DNA from: a candidate division FCPU426 bacterium
GTDB lineage: Bacteria; Oederibacteriota; Muellerivitia; Muellerivitales; Muellerivitaceae
Assembly (NCBI GenBank): GCA_963796105.1
Contig: CAWCKJ010000004.1
Span: 992,001 to 1,056,000 of the forward strand
Direction: 5' to 3'
Length of the DNA: 64,000 bases
Position 1 is the stretch's first letter, and each line of letters begins with the position of its first letter. A program made the translations under genes and the position numbers. Shown here piece by piece: positions 1 to 9,236 of this stretch. Below the pieces are notes generated by a model. It was not told the origin of the DNA. It did no database searches and saw only the letters and a list, made by a program, of their open reading frames with translations.

Positions 1-174
1 ACGGAAGCGATCGTGAAAGATGTCACCACCATTGTGAAGTGCGATGAAAAGTCGGTCTCGGTGGCTTTCGAGGAAGTCAGCAAAGAGGATTGGCCTGAGA
101 AGGTTTACAGGCCCGATATCCTGGACAACATGAAGAACCTAACCAAGAAGCCCGGATACAACCCGTTTGGATAG
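1..174 (+). CDS. Tautomerase (4-oxalocrotonate tautomerase/PptA-like), 3' part only
   Basis: Frame 1 reads TEAIVKDVTTIVKCDEKSVSVAFEEVSKEDWPEKVYRPDILDNMKNLTKKPGYNPFG*; SVSVAFEEV..EDW...VY..I....L.KKPGY is typical of PptA-like tautomerases. Confidence 0.75.
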   Translation, partial: TEAIVKDVTTIVKCDEKSVSVAFEEVSKEDWPEKVYRPDILDNMKNLTKKPGYNPFG

Positions 175-217
175 AAGGGTTTTTTCCGCCTGAAGAATAT
201 TCCTCCTAATGACAAAT

Positions 218-235
218 CGTACGTTATGTGGTACG
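218..235. promoter_or_regulatory. Probable yefM-yoeB autoregulatory operator
   Basis: Two GTAC cores (CGTACG 218-223, GGTACG 230-235) with centres 12 bp apart, just upstream of the antitoxin RBS; same layout as known YefM operators. Confidence 0.55.
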
Positions 236-253
236 TTACAGATGGAGGACTTC

Positions 254-496
254 ATGACCACTTTAACTGCCAGCTCAGCCCGGGCCAATTTGTACAAACT
301 TCTGGACCAGACCGCGAAGAACCACGAACCCGTGCAAATCACAGGTAAAAGGAATAATGGTATCCTTGTTTCCGAGGAGGATTGGAGGGCCATCCAGGAA
401 ACCCTCTACTTGTTATCCATTCCCGGGATGCGGGAATCCATCCGCAAAGGGTTGAAAACTCCCGTCTCAAAACTCTCCAAAAAGATCCAATGGTAA
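254..496 (+). CDS. yefM: Phd/YefM family antitoxin
   Basis: GGAGG RBS then MTTLTASSARANLYKLLDQ...PVQITGKRNNGILVSEEDWRAIQETLYLLSIPGMRESI. Confidence 0.92.
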   Translation: MTTLTASSARANLYKLLDQTAKNHEPVQITGKRNNGILVSEEDWRAIQETLYLLSIPGMRESIRKGLKTPVSKLSKKIQW

Positions 497-757
497 ATTG
501 GAAGCTTCGCTACACGAAACAAGCGTTGAAAGACGCGAAGAAAATCTCGACGGCGGGTTTAAGGACCAAAGTCCAAAACCTCCTGGATTTATTGGCGGAA
601 GATACCCTACGGGCAGCCGCCCCCCTTTGAGAAGCTGGTTGGGGATTTTGAAGGCGCTTATTCCCGTAGAATCAATATCCACCATCGGCTGGTTTATCAA
701 ATCCTGAAAGAAAGCAAGATAGTTAAAGTGATCCGGATGTGGACGCATTACGATTGA
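490..757 (+). pseudogene. yoeB: Txe/YoeB family toxin with +1 frameshift
   Basis: MVNWKLRYTKQALKDAKK...LLAED, then an extra A at ~604; the shifted frame continues PYGQPPPFEKLVGDFEGAYSRRINIHHRLVYQILKESKIVKVIRMWTHYD*; span 268 nt = 3n+1. Confidence 0.85.
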
Positions 758-824
758 AGCAACGTAAAAAGTGGTCAGTGTAGACTAATAGCCGGTGAAG
801 AAATAATAAGCGACGGAGTGAGTA

Positions 825-1973
825 ATGGGATCGGGTGAAATGGATCTGGTGACATGGATGAGAGAAAAAGCCCTTCCCCTATGGGCCGCGCGGGGCGTGG
901 ACAGGGAAAAGGGCGGTTTTGTGGAGGAACTCAACCAGGATGGGAGCTCCTCCAGCGTTGCCTTCAAGAGGGTCCGGGTCCAGGGCCGCCAGCTTTACTC
1001 CTTTTCCATCGCGGCGTTGTTGGGTTGGAACAAGGAAGCGGCCGGCATTGCCGGCCTGGGTTATGAGTACATCAAGAAACACTGCCGGGGCAAGGACGGC
1101 ACTTGGGTGAGACAGCTTTCCCGCGACGGCTCCGTCCTCGACCCGCGGATCGATCTATACGACACCGCCTTTATTGTGCTGGGCCTGATCACCTATTACC
1201 GCCTGACCAAAAATTCCGAGGCCCTGTCGCTGGTGGAGGAAACCCTCCGCATGGTCCAGGCCAAGCTGGTAGCCGGCTCGCACTGGGGGTACCGGCAAAC
1301 AGCGGACGAAAAGGACCTATTGCGCCAGAACCCGAACATGCACTGGTTCGAGTGCATGCTTTTCTGCTACGAGGCCACGCAGGATTCCCGGTTTCTCGAT
1401 GAGGTCTCGAAGTTCTATAAACGCATGGAAGAGTCGGTTATCGATGCTAAAACCGGCGTTCTGCGCGAGCTTTTCGACAACCAATGGAAGCCGATCCAGG
1501 AGGGGGGAAAGATTCTGGCGGAGCCGGGCCACCATTACGAATGGACCTGGCTGTTCAACCGGGCCTCCGGCAAAATCGCCGTGAATCCCGCCTTGATGAC
1601 GGCCATCGCGAGTTTCGCCGACCGGTACGGGGTGAACGCTAAGACAGGACTAGCCTATGACCAGGTGAGCGACCAGGGGGAATTGACCCAGCCTACCCAT
1701 CGTCTCTGGGTCCAAACGGAAGCCCTCAAGGCCTGGCTGGTGCGGAAGGACGTCGATGAACCGGCCCGGACCAAGCGGGTCAACCAGATCGAATCCAACC
1801 TGATGAAATTCTATCTCACCCGCGAACCCAGGGGCACCTGGGGCGACCGCCTCGACGCGGACGGGAGGAGTCAGCCCAGCCAGGTTCCCGCAAGCTCGAT
1901 GTACCACGTCATGGTGTGCGTGACGGAGCTTTGGGCCTGGCGCTCGACCCAATCGCGGACTGGCATTCATTGA
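825..1973 (+). CDS. AGE family epimerase/isomerase (mannose or mannose-6-phosphate isomerase-like)
   Basis: RVRVQGRQLYSF, DLYDTAF, QNPNMHWFE, EPGHHYEW, RLWVQTE and ASSMYH motifs. Confidence 0.85.
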   Translation: MGSGEMDLVTWMREKALPLWAARGVDREKGGFVEELNQDGSSSSVAFKRVRVQGRQLYSFSIAALLGWNKEAAGIAGLGYEYIKKHCRGKDGTWVRQLSRDGSVLDPRIDLYDTAFIVLGLITYYRLTKNSEALSLVEETLRMVQAKLVAGSHWGYRQTADEKDLLRQNPNMHWFECMLFCYEATQDSRFLDEVSKFYKRMEESVIDAKTGVLRELFDNQWKPIQEGGKILAEPGHHYEWTWLFNRASGKIAVNPALMTAIASFADRYGVNAKTGLAYDQVSDQGELTQPTHRLWVQTEALKAWLVRKDVDEPARTKRVNQIESNLMKFYLTREPRGTWGDRLDADGRSQPSQVPASSMYHVMVCVTELWAWRSTQSRTGIH

Positions 1974-2070
1974 GGGTTGTTTATGTTATTTGGGAAAAAT
2001 AATTCCTCATTCGAATAATTCGCGAGAGTCCTGTGGGTTAATTCCCACTAAGAACTTCTAACAGATATCA

Positions 2071-2111
2071 TTTTTCACCACAGGTTCTTACAGAACCACA
2101 AAGACACAGTA
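2071..2111. repeat. Intergenic repeat, copy 1
   Basis: TTTTTCACCACAGGTTCTTACAGAACCACAAAGACACAGTA, near-identical to 5825-5866. Confidence 0.7.
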
Positions 2112-2222
2112 GAATAAAACCTCAACGTTTTTAGGCTATAAACCCAACAACTTACTTCGGTGCGAAGCCCCACGGTTTAAAGAAGTAATTTTTTTTAGCC
2201 TCACTAAATGTCTTTTGCCTGA

Positions 2223-2621
<399 letters not shown>

Positions 2622-2654
2622 GTTTATTCAAGGAAAAGGATTATTTAAACTGGG

Positions 2655-2705
2655 GTTGCTTCCTCGTTGACGTCCGCCTATTCGGCGGACACTCGTCGCA
2701 ATGAC
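2655..2705. repeat. REP-like palindromic element (TTGCTTC...CGCAATGAC type)
   Basis: GTTGCTTCCTCGTTGAC-GTCCGCC-TATTC-GGCGGAC-ACTCGTCGCAATGAC with an internal hairpin. Confidence 0.5.
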
Positions 2706-2739
2706 AACTACAAAAAACCTATTTCATTTAAGGAAATAA

Positions 2740-5700
2740 ATGGATTTTTCTCTTATTTCTTTCTTCCTCCCGCCCGAGGCGCCCCCTAAGGCCGAAATCC
2801 AGCGGGTCCTCAAGCCCTATGGATTCAAGAATCCGTCAAAAATTTGGAAGGAACTTTCGGCCCTAAGCCAAAACGCGTTTGACCGAGAGGCCTGGGCCGA
2901 GTGCCTGCCCCTCATGCTTCCCGAGTTTTCCGAGGCGCCCGATCCCGACCTGGCGGTCACCCAGTTCGCCGACTACGCGGAAAAATCCTTCCACCGCTCC
3001 CAACTCTACCAGTACCTCGCGCGGGTCCCCCAGGCCCGGAAAGTCCTGGCCAAAATCCTGGGCTTCAGCCCCTACCTGGCCTCCATCCTCAACCAGGAAC
3101 CGGGCCTGCTTTACTGGCTCCTGGACGAGGACGGCCTCTACGCGCGGTTCTCCAAGGAACGCCAGGTGGAAACCTTGGAGCGGGAAACGGGAGCCATCGA
3201 TGATTTCGAGGGGAAACTGAACGCCTCCAGGAGGGTGAAGCGGCGCCAGATGCTCCGGCTCGGCGGGCGGGACCTGTTAGGCCTTTGCGACGTGAAGAGC
3301 CTCACCTTGGAGCTTTCCGGCTTGGCCGACGCGCTCCTGGAAACGGTCCTGGAGGCGGGGAAGGGAAAACTGGCGAAATCCGGAATCCCGGAACCGGATG
3401 GCAGGTTCGTGGTCATCGGAATGGGCAAGCTGGGGGGCAATGAGCTCAATTACTGCTCCGACGTGGACCTCCTTTTCATCTACGAAACCTCCCCCCTTTC
3501 CAAGGTCCAGGGCGAGGAAGCCAGGAAATATTACAACGAGTTAGCCGAGTGGATCATCCATTCCATGCAGGACTCCAGCTCCCTCGGTAATTTGTTCAAG
3601 GTGGACATGCGCCTTCGGCCCGAGGGGTTGGGGGACATGGCGAAATCCTTGGACGCCTACCTGGAGCATTACGAGTCCCGGAGCCAGCTCTGGGAACTGC
3701 AAGCCCTGATCAAGGCCAGGCCCTGCGCCGGGGACTTGGATTTGGGGAGACAATTCCTGAAAGATATGGAGCCCCTGATTTTCCGGAAGAGTTTCGATTC
3801 CCAAATGCTCCGCGAGATGCGGGAAGTCATGGTGCTCATCAAGAAAAAGATGGAGGGGATGGGGAGGCAGAAGACCCAGGTCAAGCTGGGGAAGGGGGGC
3901 ATCCGCGAGATCGAGTACATAGTCCAGCTTTTCCAGCTGGCCCACGGGGGATTGAAGCCCCAGATCCGGGAAGCCAATACCCTGGAGGCCCTGGAAAAAC
4001 TGGCTCTGGAGGGCCTTCTTTTGAAAGCCGACGCCCAATTCCTCGCGGAGTCCTACCGCTTTCTCCGCAACGCCGAGCATCACCTGCAGATGGTCCAAGG
4101 CCTTCAAACCCACACCCTGCCACGGAAGATCGAGGATTTGCGGAGTTTGGCCCGCTCCCTCGGCTTCAAGGGGGACCCTGAGGAGGTCACCCGGCTTTTC
4201 AGGGCCCATTACTCGGATTTAACCTCCCGGGTCAACCATCTTTACCAGGAAGCCTTCCAGATCAAGACCAGGACGGATGTCTCCTCCCTGGTGGTCCAGG
4301 CCTCGCTGGCCGACGACCGGGAGGAATTGGAAAGATTATTGGAGGGAAAATTATTTTTCGACCCAAGCCAAGCGGCCTCCAACCTCCTGGCGCTGGCGCG
4401 AAGGCTCAAACGTTCGACGGGGACGAAGGGCGAAATCCTTTGGGCCGGCTTCGTGCCGGAGGTGTTCAAGGGCCTGGCGAAAATCCCCCATCCGGACAGG
4501 GCCTTGAACCAGTTGGAAAGTTTCCTAAACGCGACCTCCCTGCCGGACCTTTATATCCGTTACCTCTTGGGAAACCACCTGATGCTCCACCTGCTCCTGG
4601 AGCTTTTTTCCAACAGTCTTTTCCTCTCGCAAGTCCTCATCGCCCATCCGGGCAATTTCGACATCGTGCAGAGGGCCATCAACGAGAGGGCGCCCCGGGC
4701 GGTCCAGGATCTCCAGGAAAACCTGGAGGACCGGATGTCCCAGGCCCAGGACTGGGAGGGGCGCTTGAGCCTCCTGAGGGAAATCCGGGATGGCGAGGCC
4801 TTGAGGGTGGGCCTCCAGGACCTCCTGGGAAGAAGGGAGCTTTTCGATTGCTTCGCGGAGCTTTCACGGCTGGCCGTGGCGGTCAGCCGTTCCGCCCTGG
4901 GGGCCTCGGCGGACAAACTGGGGTTTCCCTGCTCGACCCAAAGGCCCTGCGCCCCCAAGGGTTTCTGCGTGATGGGCATGGGAAAACTGGGCGCCCGGGA
5001 GATGAATTACGGCTCGGACCTGGATGTCCTTTTCATCTATAGCGACGAGGACGCCCGGGAACACGGTTTCGAGAATTACCTGAAACTATCGGAGACTTTC
5101 ACTACCGCCCTGGCGGCGCCCACCCCCCAGGGCATCGCCTACCAGGTGGACGCGAGGCTCCGGCCCATGGGCCGGGAGGCCCAGATGGTCCACTCGGTGG
5201 GGGCTTACCGGGACTATTTCCGGAATCACGCCATGGCGGCTGAAAGACTAGCCTATACCCGCTGTTCCTTCCTCGCGGGCGACTTGAAAACGGCCGCTGA
5301 GGCGGAGAAGGAAATAGCCCTCTTCACCTATGGGCGGGGCTTGAGGCGGAAGGAATGGGAAGAGATCCTGGACATCCGGGGTCAAATGGAGCAAAAAGCC
5401 AAAAAATCAAAAGGCTTGGAAATCAAGGTTTCACCTGGCGGAATCTCGGACATCGAGTTTTTCACGCAAACCCTCCAGGTCGCCCTTGGCCACGACCATC
5501 CCAGGATCAGGGCGCCACACTTGCCTACCGCCTTGGCCCGCCTGAAAGAGGAAAGATTGGTTCCGTTGGAAGTGCTGGAGGAATTGCTGGAGGCCTACGG
5601 GTTTTTCCGGCTCCTGGAGGCGAGGCACCGCATGGTGCGGGAAACATCCGACGATGAGCTTCCCGAGGAGCCGGAAAGGCTTTTACGGCTGGCCTGGCGC

Positions 5701-5820
5701 ACGGGCCTGGGGCGCGGGAAAGAAGCCGCCGGGCACCTTGTGGAAAGGGTGGAAAAAACCCAGGAAAGAGTGAGAGGACTTTTCAAAAGACTGCCGGAGT
5801 GGATCAGGTTCGAGGATTAA
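2740..5820 (+). CDS. glnE: Bifunctional glutamine synthetase adenylyltransferase/adenylyl-removing enzyme
   Basis: Two nucleotidyltransferase halves: GMGKLGGNELNYCSDVDL...VDMRLRPEG and GMGKLGAREMNYGSDLDV...VDARLRPMG; K..GGI..IE motifs; 1026 aa. Confidence 0.95.
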   Translation: MDFSLISFFLPPEAPPKAEIQRVLKPYGFKNPSKIWKELSALSQNAFDREAWAECLPLMLPEFSEAPDPDLAVTQFADYAEKSFHRSQLYQYLARVPQARKVLAKILGFSPYLASILNQEPGLLYWLLDEDGLYARFSKERQVETLERETGAIDDFEGKLNASRRVKRRQMLRLGGRDLLGLCDVKSLTLELSGLADALLETVLEAGKGKLAKSGIPEPDGRFVVIGMGKLGGNELNYCSDVDLLFIYETSPLSKVQGEEARKYYNELAEWIIHSMQDSSSLGNLFKVDMRLRPEGLGDMAKSLDAYLEHYESRSQLWELQALIKARPCAGDLDLGRQFLKDMEPLIFRKSFDSQMLREMREVMVLIKKKMEGMGRQKTQVKLGKGGIREIEYIVQLFQLAHGGLKPQIREANTLEALEKLALEGLLLKADAQFLAESYRFLRNAEHHLQMVQGLQTHTLPRKIEDLRSLARSLGFKGDPEEVTRLFRAHYSDLTSRVNHLYQEAFQIKTRTDVSSLVVQASLADDREELERLLEGKLFFDPSQAASNLLALARRLKRSTGTKGEILWAGFVPEVFKGLAKIPHPDRALNQLESFLNATSLPDLYIRYLLGNHLMLHLLLELFSNSLFLSQVLIAHPGNFDIVQRAINERAPRAVQDLQENLEDRMSQAQDWEGRLSLLREIRDGEALRVGLQDLLGRRELFDCFAELSRLAVAVSRSALGASADKLGFPCSTQRPCAPKGFCVMGMGKLGAREMNYGSDLDVLFIYSDEDAREHGFENYLKLSETFTTALAAPTPQGIAYQVDARLRPMGREAQMVHSVGAYRDYFRNHAMAAERLAYTRCSFLAGDLKTAAEAEKEIALFTYGRGLRRKEWEEILDIRGQMEQKAKKSKGLEIKVSPGGISDIEFFTQTLQVALGHDHPRIRAPHLPTALARLKEERLVPLEVLEELLEAYGFFRLLEARHRMVRETSDDELPEEPERLLRLAWRTGLGRGKEAAGHLVERVEKTQERVRGLFKRLPEWIRFED

Positions 5821-5824
5821 AAAA

Positions 5825-5866
5825 TTTTTACCACGGGTTCCTTCGGAACCACAAAGTTACACAGTA
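5825..5866. repeat. Intergenic repeat, copy 2
   Basis: TTTTTACCACGGGTTCCTTCGGAACCACAAAGTTACACAGTA; matches 2071-2111. Confidence 0.7.
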
Positions 5867-6019
5867 ATGAAAAAATTAAAATTTTGACTTTACCTGTTGA
5901 GAACTCAACTCTTCAGCGCAATGGCTACTGCGCGGGGTGAGGAACCGCGGCGGCAGACCTATAATTTTGTTGTAAGTTAAAGAAATCTCAAATTTTCGCA
6001 AGAGCTTAATTTTAGGTAA

Positions 6020-7726
6020 CTAATAACTTCGGAGAATGAGGAACTTTCCCTTGGCCAGGAACTGCCCCCCTTGGACCACCGCGTAGAAGTAAATTCCCGC
6101 AGACACGTTCACCCCGCTCTTGTTCTTGCCGTCCCACTGGGCGATTCCCGCGGTTTCGCCGACCGTGTTCACCAATTCCCCCGAGACGGTGTAGAAGGAG
6201 ACTGTCGCGCCGGGGGGAATGCAGTCCAGCTTCAAGTACTTGAAGGCGGCCACTTGGGGGTTGTAGGGGTCCGGCCAAAGGTGGATCTGGCAGGTGTTGA
6301 CGGGCGGAGGGGGAGGGCCCGGGCCGGTATAGGGCGTGGGCGTGAAGGTCGGGGTGAAGGTCACGGTGGGGGTGGGGATTTGCTGGAGCACGACACCCCC
6401 GGGATAACCATAGGCGTCCGCGCTGGCGAAGCCGTAGGCAACGACGCCGAAGGGCGAGCCGGCGGGGCCCGTGAGTTGGTGGGGGGCTCCTGAGACCGGA
6501 ACTTGGGCGCCGGAATAGGTCCCGGCTCCAATGGGGGAAAAGGAACCAGCGGGTATGGCGGCCCCATCCAAGGATATGGAGCCTACCGCGGAGGTGGGCG
6601 CCACGATGTTCTCATAGTTGATGGGGAACAAGTTCACGGGGGGATTCCCGATCAGGTAATCCGTGTCGTATCCGGTGACCGGGGGAACGGCGATCATGGC
6701 GGGGTCGGCATTGGTGTCGGGGTTTGGATCAGGGTAAGTGTCAAAGCTGTCACTGTTGGCGTACTGCGCGACAAAAATGGGGTAATTGGAAATGATTTCC
6801 GAGGGTTGGGTCAATTCCTGCTGGTAAACCTCCCCCGCTTTAAGAGGATTCAATAAAACGTTCGAGCCGTTGATCGTAAAGGTGGTTCCTTTCTGGGAAG
6901 CGGTGATCTTGACCGTGTCCCCATTACTCCTGGTGGCCAAGGGAAGGGTGAAAAAATCCGTGCCCCAATCCGACAGGGGCCAGAGTTCCTGGACCAGGGG
7001 ATTGCACGTGAAGTCATTGCTGAGAAAAACAGGAACCACCTCGCAACGGTTCCCCCCGAACACGGCGATTGGGGTTTTGGGGCTTGTGGTGATCATGGTG
7101 CCGCTCAAGTCGTCCCCGATGTTCACGGCCTGCAATTGGTAGGTGTCTCCCTGGTTCAGGCTGATGACATAGGGTTGATTGGCGGTCCTGGTCCCCACCG
7201 TGATGGAGGGCTTGATGGTCACGGAAGTACTGCTCGCGGTTCCCACGACCGTGAAGAGGCTGGATGTCGAATTAACCTTGTAAGTACAGACCATGTAACT
7301 GTCCCCCAGGCCGCTCGTAGGAAGCCCCAGGAAGCCGTAGGAGTTTTCAACCAGGTAGTTCAAACCGTAAACCGCGGCTATACCGGAGGAAACCGTGACG
7401 TGGATGCCCTGGGGGGTGGCGGGGATATCCCGGCCGGTGACGATCAGGCTGGGGGGGACCGCCACGGCCGCCATGGACCCGGCAGGAACCGTAAAAGGGG
7501 CGGAGAAGCCAGAACCCGCCACCACACCGGCCGCGCCCGCCTCGCTGGTGATGAGGAGCTGTGGAACGCTGGTGCCGGAGTCGATGTTATTGGGAAAAGC
7601 CACCCAAAAATCGGTCCCCTTGTTGGTGGTAGCGGACTTGGCGTTAGGAGGGAGTGAAAAGCAACAAGCGATCACCAGAAAAAAGAGAAAGGACCCTCTC
7701 GAAAGTTGGTTGAGGAAGGAATTCAT
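6020..7726 (-). CDS. Secreted IgGFc-binding-protein N-terminal domain protein with PT linker and FlgD/CTD-like C-terminus
   Basis: Signal peptide; GTDFWVAF, LGLPTSGLG..Y, LNQGDTYQ, DLSGT.I, PIAVFGGN.C, DPAM..VPP, YGYPGG; C-terminal WPDPYNP...YTVSGELV...WDGKNKSG..VSAGIYFY. Confidence 0.8.
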   Translation of the reverse strand: MNSFLNQLSRGSFLFFLVIACCFSLPPNAKSATTNKGTDFWVAFPNNIDSGTSVPQLLITSEAGAAGVVAGSGFSAPFTVPAGSMAAVAVPPSLIVTGRDIPATPQGIHVTVSSGIAAVYGLNYLVENSYGFLGLPTSGLGDSYMVCTYKVNSTSSLFTVVGTASSTSVTIKPSITVGTRTANQPYVISLNQGDTYQLQAVNIGDDLSGTMITTSPKTPIAVFGGNRCEVVPVFLSNDFTCNPLVQELWPLSDWGTDFFTLPLATRSNGDTVKITASQKGTTFTINGSNVLLNPLKAGEVYQQELTQPSEIISNYPIFVAQYANSDSFDTYPDPNPDTNADPAMIAVPPVTGYDTDYLIGNPPVNLFPINYENIVAPTSAVGSISLDGAAIPAGSFSPIGAGTYSGAQVPVSGAPHQLTGPAGSPFGVVAYGFASADAYGYPGGVVLQQIPTPTVTFTPTFTPTPYTGPGPPPPPVNTCQIHLWPDPYNPQVAAFKYLKLDCIPPGATVSFYTVSGELVNTVGETAGIAQWDGKNKSGVNVSAGIYFYAVVQGGQFLAKGKFLILRSY

Positions 7727-7778
7727 AAATGATTTTCACCAATACACTTTCCCGCCGGAATTGAGTCGAATCAAATTG

Positions 7779-7906
7779 AAACCTCTGAAAAACTATTAAA
7801 AAGCGGCCAACAGAGGTTTCGACCCCAAAGATTTCCGCAGGAAATCGTGGGGTTTCCAGAATTCGTTTTCTGAATAAGGAGGCGATAGCCGACTTTTTCA
7901 GAGTTT
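7779..7906. mobile_element. MITE-like element, copy 1
   Basis: Terminal inverted repeats CTCTGAAAAA / TTTTTCAGAG; core 7820-7857 closely matches the reverse complement of 48552-48587. Confidence 0.6.
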
Positions 7907-8076
7907 ACAAATTATAACATAGTTAAGAAGGGGGCTATGAATCCAGGGGTTCCGAAAAGTATTAGGCGGAAAGTAAATTGGGATTGTCTCAAATTTAACC
8001 TAAGCCTCAAGGGTTTGAGTTAAGGAAAACAACAGCTTGCGGTTTTGCCGGGCTGTTCCGGTGGCTATAACCGGGC

Positions 8077-8316
8077 TTACAGGGATTTGTGGGTCCCGTC
8101 GCAATAGGGCGCGTTTTTGGTTTGCTTGCATTGGCAAAGAAAAACGGTTTTGGCCGCCTCCGCCTTGAATACGAGGGGTTTGAACTCGGTTGTTTTATGG
8201 TGACCGTCACAGAAGGGCTGTTTCTCCGAAAGCCCGCAGGCGCACCAAGCGTAAGATTTTCCAGCCTCCACGTCCACTTTGGCGGGAAATTTAGCGGCTA
8301 TTTTCGCTTCACTCAT
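8077..8316 (-). CDS. CDGSH iron-sulfur domain protein (two CDGSH motifs)
   Basis: WCACGLSEKQPFCDGHH and LCQCKQTKNAPYCDGTH; ATG at 8316 preceded by AGGAGG. Confidence 0.92.
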   Translation of the reverse strand: MSEAKIAAKFPAKVDVEAGKSYAWCACGLSEKQPFCDGHHKTTEFKPLVFKAEAAKTVFLCQCKQTKNAPYCDGTHKSL

Positions 8317-8459
8317 TATATTTCCTCCTGATTTTATCCAATATGTAAACGCAATCTTACGACTTGTCCCAAAGGAAGGAAAGTGCCCCTCAAGGATTTG
8401 GTTTATTTTTATGTTACAAAAGGGTAATCTTTTTAGCACTTTTGATGAAAGAGAGTTTC

Positions 8460-9110
8460 ATGAGCCGTTTTCTTCTCATTGGATTCATCTCCCTTTTCAT
8501 CCTGGGGAGTCCCTCGGGCGCTTTAAAAGCCCAGGATGACGAGCAGCCCCGGATGAAGGTCCTGGACGTGAAGGGGTTCGTGTCCGTATTCAGGGACGAG
8601 ACGGATGAGACGAGCCGGCTTCATACCGGCCAGAGCGTGGACGACGGAGACCAGGTTACTACGGGCCACGGGAGCGAGGCTGTCTTTCGGCTTTCGGGAA
8701 GGGCCTATATCCACCTGGCCCAGGACACCAAGTTTCAAATCTCCCGGTTAAGGTACATCGAGCCCAGGAAACTTCTCTGCAGGCTTCACCTGATCGAGGG
8801 CAGGATGATCACCATGCTGGACAAATCCCCCAAATTTCCCTTCGAGGTAACGGCCGGCCCCGTCTCCTGCCGGATCCACGGCAAGCTTTTCGAGTTCATC
8901 CGCCAGAAGGACCAGGTCCGCATCCTTTCCCACGAGGGCGCGGTCGTGGCTGGAAGCCACGGGAAAGTGGAAATGGGGAAAAAAGGCCAGGTCATGGTCT
9001 ATGTCAACGGAAGGTTCAAGGACAAGTACCTATTTCCCGTCGAGGACGAGGCTGACATGGAGGAATGGCGGGAGCACCTGCACTCGATCCGGACAAGGCG
9101 CCATAAATAG
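8460..9110 (+). CDS. FecR-domain secreted protein
   Basis: Signal peptide; VKGFV, GDQVTTG..SEA...L, L..G, F.V.AG......G..F, EG.V pattern. Confidence 0.7.
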   Translation: MSRFLLIGFISLFILGSPSGALKAQDDEQPRMKVLDVKGFVSVFRDETDETSRLHTGQSVDDGDQVTTGHGSEAVFRLSGRAYIHLAQDTKFQISRLRYIEPRKLLCRLHLIEGRMITMLDKSPKFPFEVTAGPVSCRIHGKLFEFIRQKDQVRILSHEGAVVAGSHGKVEMGKKGQVMVYVNGRFKDKYLFPVEDEADMEEWREHLHSIRTRRHK

Positions 9111-9236
9111 CGGGTTTCATCTTTCTGGGCCTGGTGTGTTGAAAGCTCCTTGACTCTCCATTCAAATCATCCGACAATTGCCCTCCTTAAAAACATCCAT
9201 GGCTGGAAACAGCCAATATCAACATGAGGCGTTTTA

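Noticed and set aside
2879..5786. Many overlapping alternative-frame ORFs within glnE and other GC-rich genes
   Set aside because: Expected in high-GC3 coding sequence; no motifs and no RBS
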